39,015 nt of DNA from Octopus bimaculoides (Eukaryota): the NCBI RefSeq assembly GCF_001194135.2, contig NC_068982.1, forward strand, positions 18,459,446-18,498,460, in the 5' to 3' direction. Position numbers and translations under genes: made by a program. The notes under the pieces are model-generated. The model saw nothing but the letters and a program-made list of their open reading frames with translations. It searched no databases and was not told where the DNA came from. How positions within the stretch are numbered: the stretch's first letter is position 1; the number at the start of each line of letters is the position of its first letter. Positions 1 to 10,927 of this stretch are shown piece after piece.

Positions 1-54
<54 letters not shown>

Positions 55-1581
55 GTGAGCGTGGGTGTGTGCGTGTGTGAACGTGCGTGGGTGTCTGTAC
101 GCGCACACATATATATGCACACATTTATTCATAGGTATACACAAAGGGAAAATATAGATAGATTAATTTTTAGATAGGTACATAGATAAAAGGTGGATAG
201 GTAGATTGTCACACATGGCATACTTCTTCATAAATGCGTGACTTAACCGGATGGAGACTAGTAAATCGCTTAAGAGAAAGTTTGGTTAATGATTGTTCTA
301 TACCTGCTCATCCAATAAATAAATACTAGGGAAAATATATCAAGAAAATATATAAATCTGACGAGGAAATATGTGCGTAATCACTCCCTTGAGCTGTTAA
401 ACGTGACAGCATGAAACCACTCCTTTCGCTGTTTATCATCTTGAAAATGAGGGGCGTTTGATTCATTGTCCCTCAAAACAAGTGATCTAGAGCGTGAACG
501 TAATGTTCGTGTCCACGACGATATTTCAGAGATGTCTTTCGTCTGAACAAGAGCTTCAATGACGATAAAAAACATATGTATCTCAATGTTTTCCAACTCT
601 CTGCTTCAAATAATTATTAAACATGCTAATTGCCATTGAAAGGACACATGATTCGAAAAATGAACTGTATTATACTCACGTGATATATAACAAGAGTTTT
701 AAGTATAAAAGTAAAATTTAAAAAATATAGAAAAACAATCACATTTTCCAGAAATATAGCTATATCTATAATTTAATTAATAAAAATGAACAGGTAAAAT
801 GTTCTGAAAGAGTTAAATGATTTGGGGATGGATGCTTATAAAGAAGCAAACTATTTCTAACTATTCTATTTCAACGTGATTTATATTTTTAGACTGAATC
901 TAATATTTACTTATATCCTTCAGGCTAGATGATACAAGAACAGTCCGGTAAATACAATTAGTTAAGAAGAGTATATTTCTCAGTGTCTTCGCAATTTATC
1001 ACTAAACTGATGGTACATACACGCACCTACATACATATATGTATGTACGTATTGATGTATGTTCGTATGTATGTAGGTATCTACATGCGTATGTCTCTGT
1101 CTATCCTTTCCGCATTTCGTTTCTTTCTGTAATCTCTTGTAAGCAATATTAAATTATAGACTTTGTGTTCGATGAAGCCTTCATTATCAAGAAACATTTT
1201 AGGGTGTTATGACAATGATAAAATGCACAAACACACGCGGATGCGCAACACACACGCACACACACAAACACACACACACACACACACACACGCACATACA
1301 CAGACTCACACACACGCATATATATTTATACACAGTAACCTACTGAATTGTCTCCACTATCTTTATTAATCTATTTGTCTATTATAGGAAGATAGGCAAA
1401 TAGATAGATATCTGACTATATATTTATGTATATATTTATATTTTGTACTTTATAAATTTCTAAGTAATAGTTGTAAAAATAGAAACGAAATTTGGGTATT
1501 TTTATATAAATGCAATTGAGTTCTCTGATCCTGATTATAAAGTGAAAATATCCCACATGAAGGCACGTATGCATTCCTTCT

Positions 1582-1760
1582 ACTATAAGCACAATGGCTG
1601 ATTTTATTTTTGGGGCAGGTTGCTAGTGGATTAATATGAATCCCAGTACTATACTGGCACTTATTCCATAGACCAAGAAATGAAGAGAGGCAAAGTCGAA
1701 ATCAAAACAGAATGCCGGAGGTAATGGCGTTAATCAATTTGTCCACTTCTGCCAGCTCGC
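1582..1760 (-). mobile_element. tRNA-derived SINE, short family B (degenerate copy)
   Basis: Reverse complement starts GCGAGCTGGCAGAAG (A-box-like head shared with copies at 8477, 12670 and 23041), then TTTCGACTTTGCCTCTCTTCAT...AATAAGTGCCAGT...TTGTGCTTATAGTA. Confidence 0.75.
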
Positions 1761-1799
1761 TGCATTGAGCGTGAAATTAATAATCTTTTCTACTAAACA

Positions 1800-2151
1800 A
1801 CAATGCCTGAAATATTGGGGACAGGGCAATTCGATTAAATTTGATCACAGAGCTTTACCGATACTTATTTTATCGAGCTTCAAAGGATAAAAGGCAAAGT
1901 CACCATCGGTGGAATTCGAACGCAGATTGTAAAGTCAGACTTAATACTGGTAATTATCTTTTAGGCGTGCTTACGATTGTGCGACGTCCTTACGTACAGT
2001 CAATAATTGTTTCAAATGTTGGTACATGCCCAGCACAGATGATGTGAAAGGGCTAAGTCGACCTCGGGGAACTCTGAATTCAGAACGTAAAGACGTACAA
2101 AATACTACTAAGGATTTTGCCCGGTTTACTTAATTGTTCTGGCGACTCGCC
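1800..2151 (-). mobile_element. two adjacent degenerate family-B SINE fragments (about 1800-1950 and 2000-2151)
   Basis: Minus strand shows GCGTTCGAATTCCACCGATGGTGACTTTGCCTTTTATCCTTT and CTTTACGTTCTGAATTCAGAGTTCCCCGAGGTCGACTT, matching the B-box and body of other family-B copies in this window. Confidence 0.7.
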
Positions 2152-2726
2152 GTCTTTACGTGCAGTTAATAGTAACAAGAGCACTCATAGAGCGCAAACC
2201 TCCGGCAAAACAACACCAACGTTCTCTCAACGATTAGCCAAAGAAGATTTTTTAAATGAGAATATCTGAAATATACTCAGTTGCTCTGACAAACGGGAAT
2301 GCTAAAAATGAACCTGACCGCACTCAAAAATTAAGTAAAAGCCAGAAAAAATAATCCAGAATTCTTGTCCGGTACTTGATCGATCACAATGGTACCTGTA
2401 GAAAATTTAGTAACAGTAATAAATAGTTTATCCTTATCTAATACAAGCCAAAGCTGACAAATTCACCATTCAAAATAGTTACAGCCTAAAAGGAGATAAT
2501 TGAGAATGGCTTGAAAGTTAACGTAAGATATAGATTCCAAAGGAAGGAAAATTCCGAATCTGATGATCTTTTCTCCTCCCGGTACAAGGCCTGAAAGTCT
2601 TTTTGTGGTTAAAAGATTTGGGGATTGAAAGTCTTATTGCCGGCTTGCCGAATAGTAGCATCCTATAGCCTGAAAAATTTCTATGGATGATTATTCTAAC
2701 CCAATATGTATGAGTTTCTTTAAGAT

Positions 2727-2890
2727 GGCGTGCTGGCAGCATCGTCAGCACACCGGGAAAAATGCTTAACGGCTTTTGTTGTTCAAAATCTGCCAATGTC
2801 AACTTTACCATTCATCATTTCAGGGTCAATACAATAAACTCCATTTGAACACTGAGATCACGCAGAAATTGCTGATCTTGTGCCAAAATT
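2727..2890 (+). mobile_element. family-B SINE (degenerate)
   Basis: GGCGTGCTGGCAGCATCGTCAGCACACCGGGAAAAATGCTTAACGG head, then TCAACTTTACCATTCATCATTTCAGGGTCAATA and TCTTGTGCC near the tail. Confidence 0.7.
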
Positions 2891-3000
2891 TAATATTTGC
2901 TTGAAGTATTTATGAAACATTTTATGCATCCTTTATTATATTATTTCAAAATTATGAGGCAAATGGCAATAATTATACATGATACATTTACAAAGCTTAC

Positions 3001-3031
3001 TGACAGATGTTTCATTGTTGCAACTCTACAA
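3001..3031 (-). CDS. candidate 31-nt exon (unconfirmed; frame CRVATMKHLS)
   Basis: Minus strand: ATTTTCTCTCTGCAG|TTGTAGAGTTGCAACAATGAAACATCTGTCA|GTAAGC. Strong acceptor and donor; only one frame is open. No homology recognised. Confidence 0.3.
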
Positions 3032-3215
3032 CTGCAGAGAGAAAATATGACAGGAAACTAAATTGCAGGTAGTGTTTATTATTCGAATATACAGAATGGA
3101 TGACATAGAAATAAGGAGATATGATTGTGGCCAACAAAGTTTGAAACGCATCTTTGATTGATGCCTTTCCACTTAGCTGGGAGGCTTTTTCGGAAATCTA
3201 GCCTAAATTATGTGC

Positions 3216-3268
<53 letters not shown>

Positions 3269-3884
3269 AAGTTGCAACCTCCCACCATTAAGTTGACGTG
3301 TTCCATTGTTAATTTCACTTAAGCTTTGAAGATTAGCTGTCGCTCAGACCGTGGAAAAGAACGCTTCTCTTTCGAAATGAAGATTACATTTTAGGATATT
3401 TTAGGATCGTCTGATCGCCTCACAGACTGTTTGCCATCTTTGAGGCCTAATATTATTATTGAATCAAAAGGATTACTTCTTGTATAAATATTCCTTTTAG
3501 ACTGTGAGATCTATTTTAGACTGTGAAATATATTTGCAGTCTACATAACAGAATCTCATTGCCTTGTTTGATATTATTGTGTTTACTGAAAGGAACGACA
3601 CCTGTTACTGAATTAAATAATAGTAATATTGGGTAAAAATCTTCAAGTATATTTTTTTATACTTTGTCTCAGGTGTCTGTATGGTTTCGATCATATTTTA
3701 CGTAGCAAAGATACACTGAATCAGAGAATTTAATATCAAAGCCGTTCTTATTTCTTGATTGTAGGTCAGCCATCGTAAAATTCACCAATGATCAATGATT
3801 AAACACGTTCCAGCCCTAAGCAAAGCATCTTCTACTCTTGTATACCTAGGACTATACTGTGCAATATTTACTCTCCCTTACTTT

Positions 3885-3932
<48 letters not shown>

Positions 3933-4229
3933 ATTTTACTAATGTAAGAGATGAAATATATGGGGATTAATCCATTTTCTTCAGATTGTAATTTCTGAAC
4001 TGTCATAGATATTGTGATACTAGTCAGTTATCTAATACATATTCACTATATGTTAATTTGTTTTCAGAGGGATAGTTAATTTCTTTTTTATATAGTTCGC
4101 TGGGGTTAAATCCCAAGTTTTCACTGTTGAACAGACGTATTAATAAATACATTTCACTGTAAATATTACATATCATTTTTTGGCATTACTTAATATCCGA
4201 TGTTTCAAAACCCGAAAGTGCTTTTAATA

Positions 4230-4615
4230 ATTACATGCCACATCGCAAATGGAAAATTCCAGGTGATGGAAAAATGATGAATTTGAAGTATTTTGCATGT
4301 CAAGTAACAAAAGGATTATATCATTTAAGGAGAAATGCGCAAATTGATATCTTTAGAGTCTGTAAGTATTTTTGGAGAAAGAGAATATCGAAGAAGTTCT
4401 TGACATCGAAAATGATGTTCCAGCTATTCATTCTATGATATACTTTTGAATCAAGGCAATTCCGATGATATTCGATTGCAGATACTGTGGTGAAAGGTGT
4501 TCAAAGATAAAATAGTGAAAATTTATTTTGTGCTTATTAAAATAATAGAGAAGAGAACGGTAGTACCAAAAGATGTCAGATCAGTGCATGGAATCAAAGA
4601 GTAACTCATATAAAA
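4230..4615 (+). pseudogene. pogo/Tigger-like (Tc1/mariner superfamily) transposase C-terminal remnant, frameshifted with stops
   Basis: Frame-hopping translation: DEFEVFCMSSNKRIIS (from about 4276), ENIEEVLDIENDVPAIHS (4381-4434), LNQGNSDD (from 4446), KVFKDKIVKIYFVLIKIIEKRTVVPKDVRSVHGIKE*LI (from 4494). These follow, in order, the C-terminal blocks I recall from Tigger/Jerky-like transposases (FEGFRMSSEKK; IEEVFNIDNEAPVVHSL; LNQGD; EKVPIDDMVK...LIEGLEQR...VYKIKERL). TIRs not located. Confidence 0.6.
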
Positions 4616-4769
4616 AATCCTCATGTTAATGAGGCAAATGACAATGCAATGACACTAGTGTCATTGTTAAATTATAGATATAATACTGACATTTTAAGTT
4701 TTCCTTACGTTTACTTGTAATCAAATTCCATATTTTGTTTTTATACAAAACACTTCATGTATTGCAATC

Positions 4770-5030
4770 TCTTAATCGAAGTACACATCCGCATGCCGAT
4801 ACGGATAACTTACCGAACTTCACAGTTCACGGAGATATCATCGATGACTTCCTTCAGGTTTCTCGAGCATGACGTAGTTGTAATGTCTGGGGTTGCAAAT
4901 TTCTTCACGTGCGTAAGCACTGATCATTATATATATTTTTTTTTATGGTAGGCAAAACTTATTTCGTACGTAACAGCTGAACGTCACCTCCATGTACGAG
5001 TGTAACATAACTAGCGTTACCACGTGTATT
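4770..5030. promoter_or_regulatory. local CpG-rich patch with E-box and CRE-half motifs (possible promoter or first exon)
   Basis: About 16 CpGs in roughly 260 bp against an AT-rich, CpG-poor background. CACGTG at 4906 and 5021, TGACGT at 4870, ACGTCA at 4981. Minus-strand donor CG|GTAAGT at 4814/4813. Confidence 0.3.
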
Positions 5031-5504
5031 CTGGTTTGAAAATAAATTATGACTTTCTCACTTCTCATTTTATTTAATTGTAATCGTGTTGAATGTTTTA
5101 TTTTTATAGCTTTCATAAAACCTAATGCTCAATATGTATCGCGAAGGTGTACTGTAGCCTTTTACTCGTAGATGGAGACAGATATCTTACTATTCTTATG
5201 GTATTATATATAACACATAATTAAGAATTTATAAAACTACGTTCAGGATATATCTGTCTGATATTCTATGAAATATAAATGAATATTGTGGTTAGCACTG
5301 GATTCCGTCACCAAGATGTGCCATTTTATAGGTATAAATGTAAAAAATACTCTGCAATTCGAAAAGATTCGAAATCCATGACAGTCGTCGTTCCAAACAT
5401 ATTCGATAAGGAATTATTAAGCACATGCCATATAATATAATACTACATCTGTTTTAAAAGAAATTGTTACTTCAGATAAACCTAGCGACCGATAATACAA
5501 AAGA

Positions 5505-5542
<38 letters not shown>

Positions 5543-6168
5543 NNNNNNNNNNNNNNNNNNNNNNNNNNNNNNNNNNNNNNNNNNNNNNNNNNNNNNNNNN
5601 NNNNNNNNNNNNNNNNNNNNNNNNNNNNNNNNNNNNNNNNNNNNNNNNNNNNNNNNNNNNNNNNNNNNNNNNNNNNNNNNNNNNNNNNNNNNNNNNNNNN
5701 NNNNNNNNNNNNNNNNNNNNNNNNNNNNNNNNNNNNNNNNNNNNNNNNNNNNNNNNNNNNNNNNNNNNNNNNNNNNNNNNNNNNNNNNNNNNNNNNNNNN
5801 NNNNNNNNNNNNNNNNNNNNNNNNNNNNNNNNNNNNNNNNNNNNNNNNNNNNNNNNNNNNNNNNNNNNNNNNNNNNNNNNNNNNNNNNNNNNNNNNNNNN
5901 NNNNNNNNNNNNNNNNNNNNNNNNNNNNNNNNNNNNNNNNNNNNNNNNNNNNNNNNNNNNNNNNNNNNNNNNNNNNNNNNNNNNNNNNNNNNNNNNNNNN
6001 NNNNNNNNNNNNNNNNNNNNNNNNNNNNNNNNNNNNNNNNNNNNNNNNNNNNNNNNNNNNNNNNNNNNNNNNNNNNNNNNNNNNNNNNNNNNNNNNNNNN
6101 NNNNNNNNNNNNNNNNNNNNNNNNNNNNNNNNNNNNNNNNNNNNNNNNNNNNNNNNNNNNNNNNNNNN
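5543..6168. other. assembly gap (one of 10: 5543-6168, 10104-10927, 13141-13458, 14410-15360, 20715-20902, 23818-23930, 25092-25388, 26262-26384, 29407-30287, 37814-37885)
   Basis: Runs of N, nearly all flanked by (TA)n, (GT)n or (CAC)n microsatellites. Confidence 0.99.
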
Positions 6169-6183
6169 TATATATATATATAT

Positions 6184-6597
6184 ACTCTTTTCTTGTTTCA
6201 CTCATTTGACTGCGGCCATGCAAGAGCACCGCCTTTAGTCGAACAAATCGACCCCAGGACCTATTCTTTATAAACCTAGTACTTATTCTACTGGTTTCTT
6301 TTGCCAAACCGCTAAGTTGCGTAGGCGTAAACACACCAACATCGGTTGTGATGCGATGGTGGAGGCACAAACAGAGATACCCAAACATACACACACATAC
6401 ACACACGCACTCCGCACACACATACATATATATACGACGGTTTTCTTCCAGTTTCCGTCTACCAAATCCACTCACAAGTCTTTGGTCGGCCCGAGGCTAT
6501 TAGTAGAAGACGTTTACCCAATGTGCCACGCAGTGGGACTGAACCCGGAACCATGTGATTGGTACGCAAGCTACTTACCACACAGCCACTCCTGCGC
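6184..6597 (-). mobile_element. full-length tRNA-headed SINE, long family A (CORE-like middle, internal TA/GT microsatellite)
   Basis: Minus strand: GCGCAGGAGTGGCTGTGTGGTAAGTAGC (A box), GGTTCAGTCCCACTGCGTGGCACATTGGGTAAAC (B box and CORE-like segment), GTGGATTTGGTAGACGGAAACTG, microsatellite, then GGTCGATTTGTTCGACTAAAGGCGGTGC...AAACAAGAAAAGAGTA tail. Aligns by eye with the copy at 16870-17250. Confidence 0.9.
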
Positions 6598-7585
6598 TTT
6601 GTTTAGACTTTACCACTTTACCAACCTTCGTTAGAAATTCTCTCTAAACCTATTGCGTAAATCAGCTTCGATTACCAGAAGAAATCATGTCACATCACTT
6701 TCAACGCTGGACGTAGAATGACATATTTACTAACTACATTTTTTGTCTTTCTTCTTAAACAAGCCTAGATTTCGTATACGTAAACTTGATAGTAGTTTAT
6801 TAAAGAATTAGGATGGATATTACTTCTGTAAGTATATTCTTGAAATAATAGAGCGGGGAATTCATTTTATGCCTTACTATAAAAGTCTGAAAATTAGAAA
6901 ATTAGATTCTCTGGTAGCAATTGATAAATATCTTATAGAAAGAGTACTACATTAAAAGTAGAGCAATAAAGATTCGTGGTTTCCATTCGTTTCTATGAAT
7001 ATATTTCACTGAAATAACATTCATCGATGAATATAATTCTTACTTTTCGCTTCTACAAAGTGTTTAAGTATTTTATTTGCAGATGTGTATGCCGAATTAT
7101 TAAGAAGACAAAATAGCTCTATTAAATTTCGAAAAAAATTCAACCGAATTTACTACGATATCTAATGCCTAGAATTGATATTGATAATCTGACTAGAATT
7201 TATTATATTCTAATCACAGTAGTAATGACGCAAATTCACTTTTTATTACTTCTTGTAATAAGATAACTTTTTATAGCGTTGGAGTAGCATAGACTTCATT
7301 TAAAGAGAAAATTTGAATACGTATCCATTTTGTTTGCTTTAACTTATCAATTTTTCCATTTCCACGTTTTGTGTGTATTAGTCCCTTTGCACGTGTGCAT
7401 ATGAATGTGTGTGTGTTTGTGTGTGTTTGTGTGTGTGTGTGCGTGTGACTACGTGCGCGCGCGCAAGCGTGTGTGTATACGTGTGTGTGTGTGTCTGTGT
7501 GTCTGTGTGTCAGTGTGTGCATGTGTCCGTAATTTTAAATACAGTTATAATCTTTATATTAATTTATTACATACGTCTGAAAAGT

Positions 7586-7778
7586 GACGAGTGGACACAC
7601 TTGATATCACGTCGGCCAAAATGCATAATAGCATTTCTTCAGGATATAAGTTCTCGTTTCCTCTGAGGTCGACTTTGCCTTTCATCATTTCTTGCCCGAT
7701 AAAATAAATAACGATCGAACACAGCGGAAAATGCATTTGAATCGCTCCCAAATGTTAAGGCCTTGTGCTTATAAAAGA
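7586..7778 (+). mobile_element. family-B SINE (degenerate)
   Basis: Contains TGAGGTCGACTTTGCCTTTCATCATTTC...CGATAAAATAA...CCCAAATGTTAAGGCCTTGTGCTTATAAAAGA. Confidence 0.75.
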
Positions 7779-7918
7779 CTAATTGTGAACGAGAGAAAGG
7801 TTGTGTGCATAAAATTCAGTTTTGAGTCTCCGTAGCAACTAGGTAGAAGAATACATTCGCACATCAGCAGTCACTACCTTTCTCTGTATCTCTGTCTGTC
7901 TCTCTGTCTCTCCCATGG

Positions 7919-7954
7919 GCATTTGGATGGCTAAACGCAATGGATCATCAGAAG

Positions 7955-7987
<33 letters not shown>

Positions 7988-8275
7988 CACACAGCTTGTT
8001 AATTAATAATAGTTGTATTATATATTCCAAGTGCATTTGGATGGCTAAATGCAATAGATCATCAGAAGAATACACACACACTATCTCTCTCTCTCTCTCT
8101 CTCACACACACATAAACACACACACACACAAACACACGCACACTCTCTCTATTTCTCTCACAAACACATACACACACACACACACACACAAACAGAGCTT
8201 GTTAATTAATGTATGTATTATATATTCCAAATGCATTTCGATGGCTAAACGCAATGGATCATCAGATGAAAGCAC
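7919..8275 (-). repeat. three-copy compound tandem repeat (38-bp conserved core, linker and variable CA/CT microsatellite) with hammerhead-like motifs
   Basis: Core GCATTTGGATGGCTAAACGCAATGGATCATCAGAAGAA at 7919, 8033 and 8233 (periods 114 and 200 bp). Linker AGCTTGTTAATTAAT...TATTATATATTCCAA precedes copies 2 and 3. Confidence 0.9.
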
Positions 8276-8476
8276 ACACACACACACATGCATACACACA
8301 CACACACAAGCTTACATGTACACGCACAGAGACAAGAACACGCATAAAACATAATTTGTTTATTAATACTTTTATTATATGTCATTTACATTTAGTTATT
8401 TTTGTCACCAGAAATTCATGATCCATTTTGCACGATACAAAACACTCGTAATTTCCAACGTATAATATATGGTCAG

Positions 8477-8630
8477 GCGGCGAGCTGGCAGAATCGTTAT
8501 CGCACCAGGCAAAATGCTTAGCGATATTGCGTCTTGTCTTTACGTCTTGAGTTCAAATTGTGTCGAGGTTTGTCATCACATTGGGGTCGATAAAAGAAGT
8601 ATCAATCAAGCACTGGACTCGATGCAAACG
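8477..8630 (+). mobile_element. family-B SINE
   Basis: GGCGGCGAGCTGGCAGAATCGTTATCGCACCAGGCAAAATGCTTAGCG...GAGTTCAAATT (B box)...GGGGTCGATAAAAGAAGTA. Confidence 0.85.
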
Positions 8631-10927
8631 ACTGAGCCGCTTTCGCGATACCAATATTATTAAGCTTGGAAACATAAAAGTGGTCAATTTTGCGAGACTT
8701 GCATCTCAAAGCAGAATACGAAATTTTGCTTCGAAGTTCCATTTTTTCTGTTCACTATTTTCATCATTTCATACTAGTCGCTTCATCGGGTTGGAATTGG
8801 ATTTCGATTATCTATGTTCTACATTTCAAATTAATGTTATTACTGAGAAGTTGCCTGCTTTGATAAAAAGCCACTTATATCCTAGCGAGTTGCCTATTGA
8901 ACGTTTAAATATAGCGAAGAATATACGTATATACTTAGAGGCGCTGCAAATAGACTGCAAATATCTTCCATCAGGATGTGATGGCAATCAGCGTTGTGTT
9001 AATAGCTTTAATTTATTATGTAAACATAGATAACTGTAGATTGAAACAGCGCCCTGTTACATACAACAGACGGCCACAGTATATAAACCATATGATATTT
9101 CGTTATAGATTAAGGAAATAAGAAACATTTTCATTAATACGATGGAATAACCACAGCAGGATACGGTTCTCTACCATCCTACTGGAACTATTTTGTGATA
9201 TATGCTTTTAAGAAGGTGTTGGTACAGAATATGAGGTGAAGACATATTTCTAAGTCATGTAAACATATATTTAGTTCAGCCCACGCTGATTTACCCGATG
9301 CTTTACGAATTCCTTCGAAGATATGAATATAGGTGATATGATAGATCTGTGAGTGGATGTTCGTGATAAGCAACAACAAAGAAGGATGGATCCAATGAAT
9401 GCGCTGAAATGCTAAATTTGCCATCTAGAAATAACAATCAAATCTCCGAAAAAGAAAACAGCCTAGCGTTAGAAAATAAAGGATACTTTCAATATGTATC
9501 TCGATGTATACTATACAGCTAAAAGAAAGAATTGCGTCATTACAATGTCTTCACTTTTTTTTTCTCTCTCATAGGCCTAAATGGGTCGAAATGAGGTCAA
9601 TATGCTTGTAAGCCAAAGCAGAAAATCGAAAGAACAAGGCCTTAACCTTTATCATATTCCTCCCCATCTACCATCTTTCACCTTCTCTCTCATCATGTGT
9701 GTGTACTTGTCACAGTCATTGCGAAATTCAAATTAGTTCATAGAATGTTAGAAATGGTGGCATCTTAAAAATATAAAACATGGAAATTTGTACTTGGCTT
9801 TTCCTTTTTCATCTTTATCATTTAAAAAAAAAAATATCTTTTTTATTTCACGGCTTCAAGACATTTCATGAGATATAAAGGTAGTAAAAAAAAAAAAAAA
9901 ATTCTGCAGACTTAAAGAAGAGTGACAATTCAATTACATTATGTGAAATAACATTATTGGTTTCATCACTGTTTTTCTTTTCCTATTTCTTTTCATTTAT
10001 TAACAACTTCTTTAAAAATCGGGTTTTGGATTTTATCGGATTTTTTTCCTTTTCCTGATTGACTATATAATTTAAGCTAATTCGATATTCCGTCATCATC
10101 TCCNNNNNNNNNNNNNNNNNNNNNNNNNNNNNNNNNNNNNNNNNNNNNNNNNNNNNNNNNNNNNNNNNNNNNNNNNNNNNNNNNNNNNNNNNNNNNNNNN
10201 NNNNNNNNNNNNNNNNNNNNNNNNNNNNNNNNNNNNNNNNNNNNNNNNNNNNNNNNNNNNNNNNNNNNNNNNNNNNNNNNNNNNNNNNNNNNNNNNNNNN
10301 NNNNNNNNNNNNNNNNNNNNNNNNNNNNNNNNNNNNNNNNNNNNNNNNNNNNNNNNNNNNNNNNNNNNNNNNNNNNNNNNNNNNNNNNNNNNNNNNNNNN
10401 NNNNNNNNNNNNNNNNNNNNNNNNNNNNNNNNNNNNNNNNNNNNNNNNNNNNNNNNNNNNNNNNNNNNNNNNNNNNNNNNNNNNNNNNNNNNNNNNNNNN
10501 NNNNNNNNNNNNNNNNNNNNNNNNNNNNNNNNNNNNNNNNNNNNNNNNNNNNNNNNNNNNNNNNNNNNNNNNNNNNNNNNNNNNNNNNNNNNNNNNNNNN
10601 NNNNNNNNNNNNNNNNNNNNNNNNNNNNNNNNNNNNNNNNNNNNNNNNNNNNNNNNNNNNNNNNNNNNNNNNNNNNNNNNNNNNNNNNNNNNNNNNNNNN
10701 NNNNNNNNNNNNNNNNNNNNNNNNNNNNNNNNNNNNNNNNNNNNNNNNNNNNNNNNNNNNNNNNNNNNNNNNNNNNNNNNNNNNNNNNNNNNNNNNNNNN
10801 NNNNNNNNNNNNNNNNNNNNNNNNNNNNNNNNNNNNNNNNNNNNNNNNNNNNNNNNNNNNNNNNNNNNNNNNNNNNNNNNNNNNNNNNNNNNNNNNNNNN
10901 NNNNNNNNNNNNNNNNNNNNNNNNNNN

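Noticed and set aside
2559-2600. CTGATGA...GAAA at 2560 and CTGATGA at 34622 as hammerheads
   Set aside because: No convincing stem II, stem III or NUH arrangement, single copy and no PLE context.
5417-6475. Long ORFs spanning N-runs (also 9983-10984, 12955-13616, 14129-15434, 20595-21055, 24747-25501, 29217-30400, 37761-38024)
   Set aside because: Open only because N translates as X; the flanks are microsatellite or SINE sequence.
7919-8275. CRISPR-like repeat-spacer appearance
   Set aside because: Eukaryotic context, spacers are microsatellites of unequal length with a shared linker, and no cas genes.
9188-9424. Region with several open frames on both strands (e.g. AFIGSILLCCCLSR on minus; QPTLIYPMLYEFLRRYEY on plus)
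   Set aside because: Cannot choose strand or frame and recognise no family; mentioned only as a possible partner exon.
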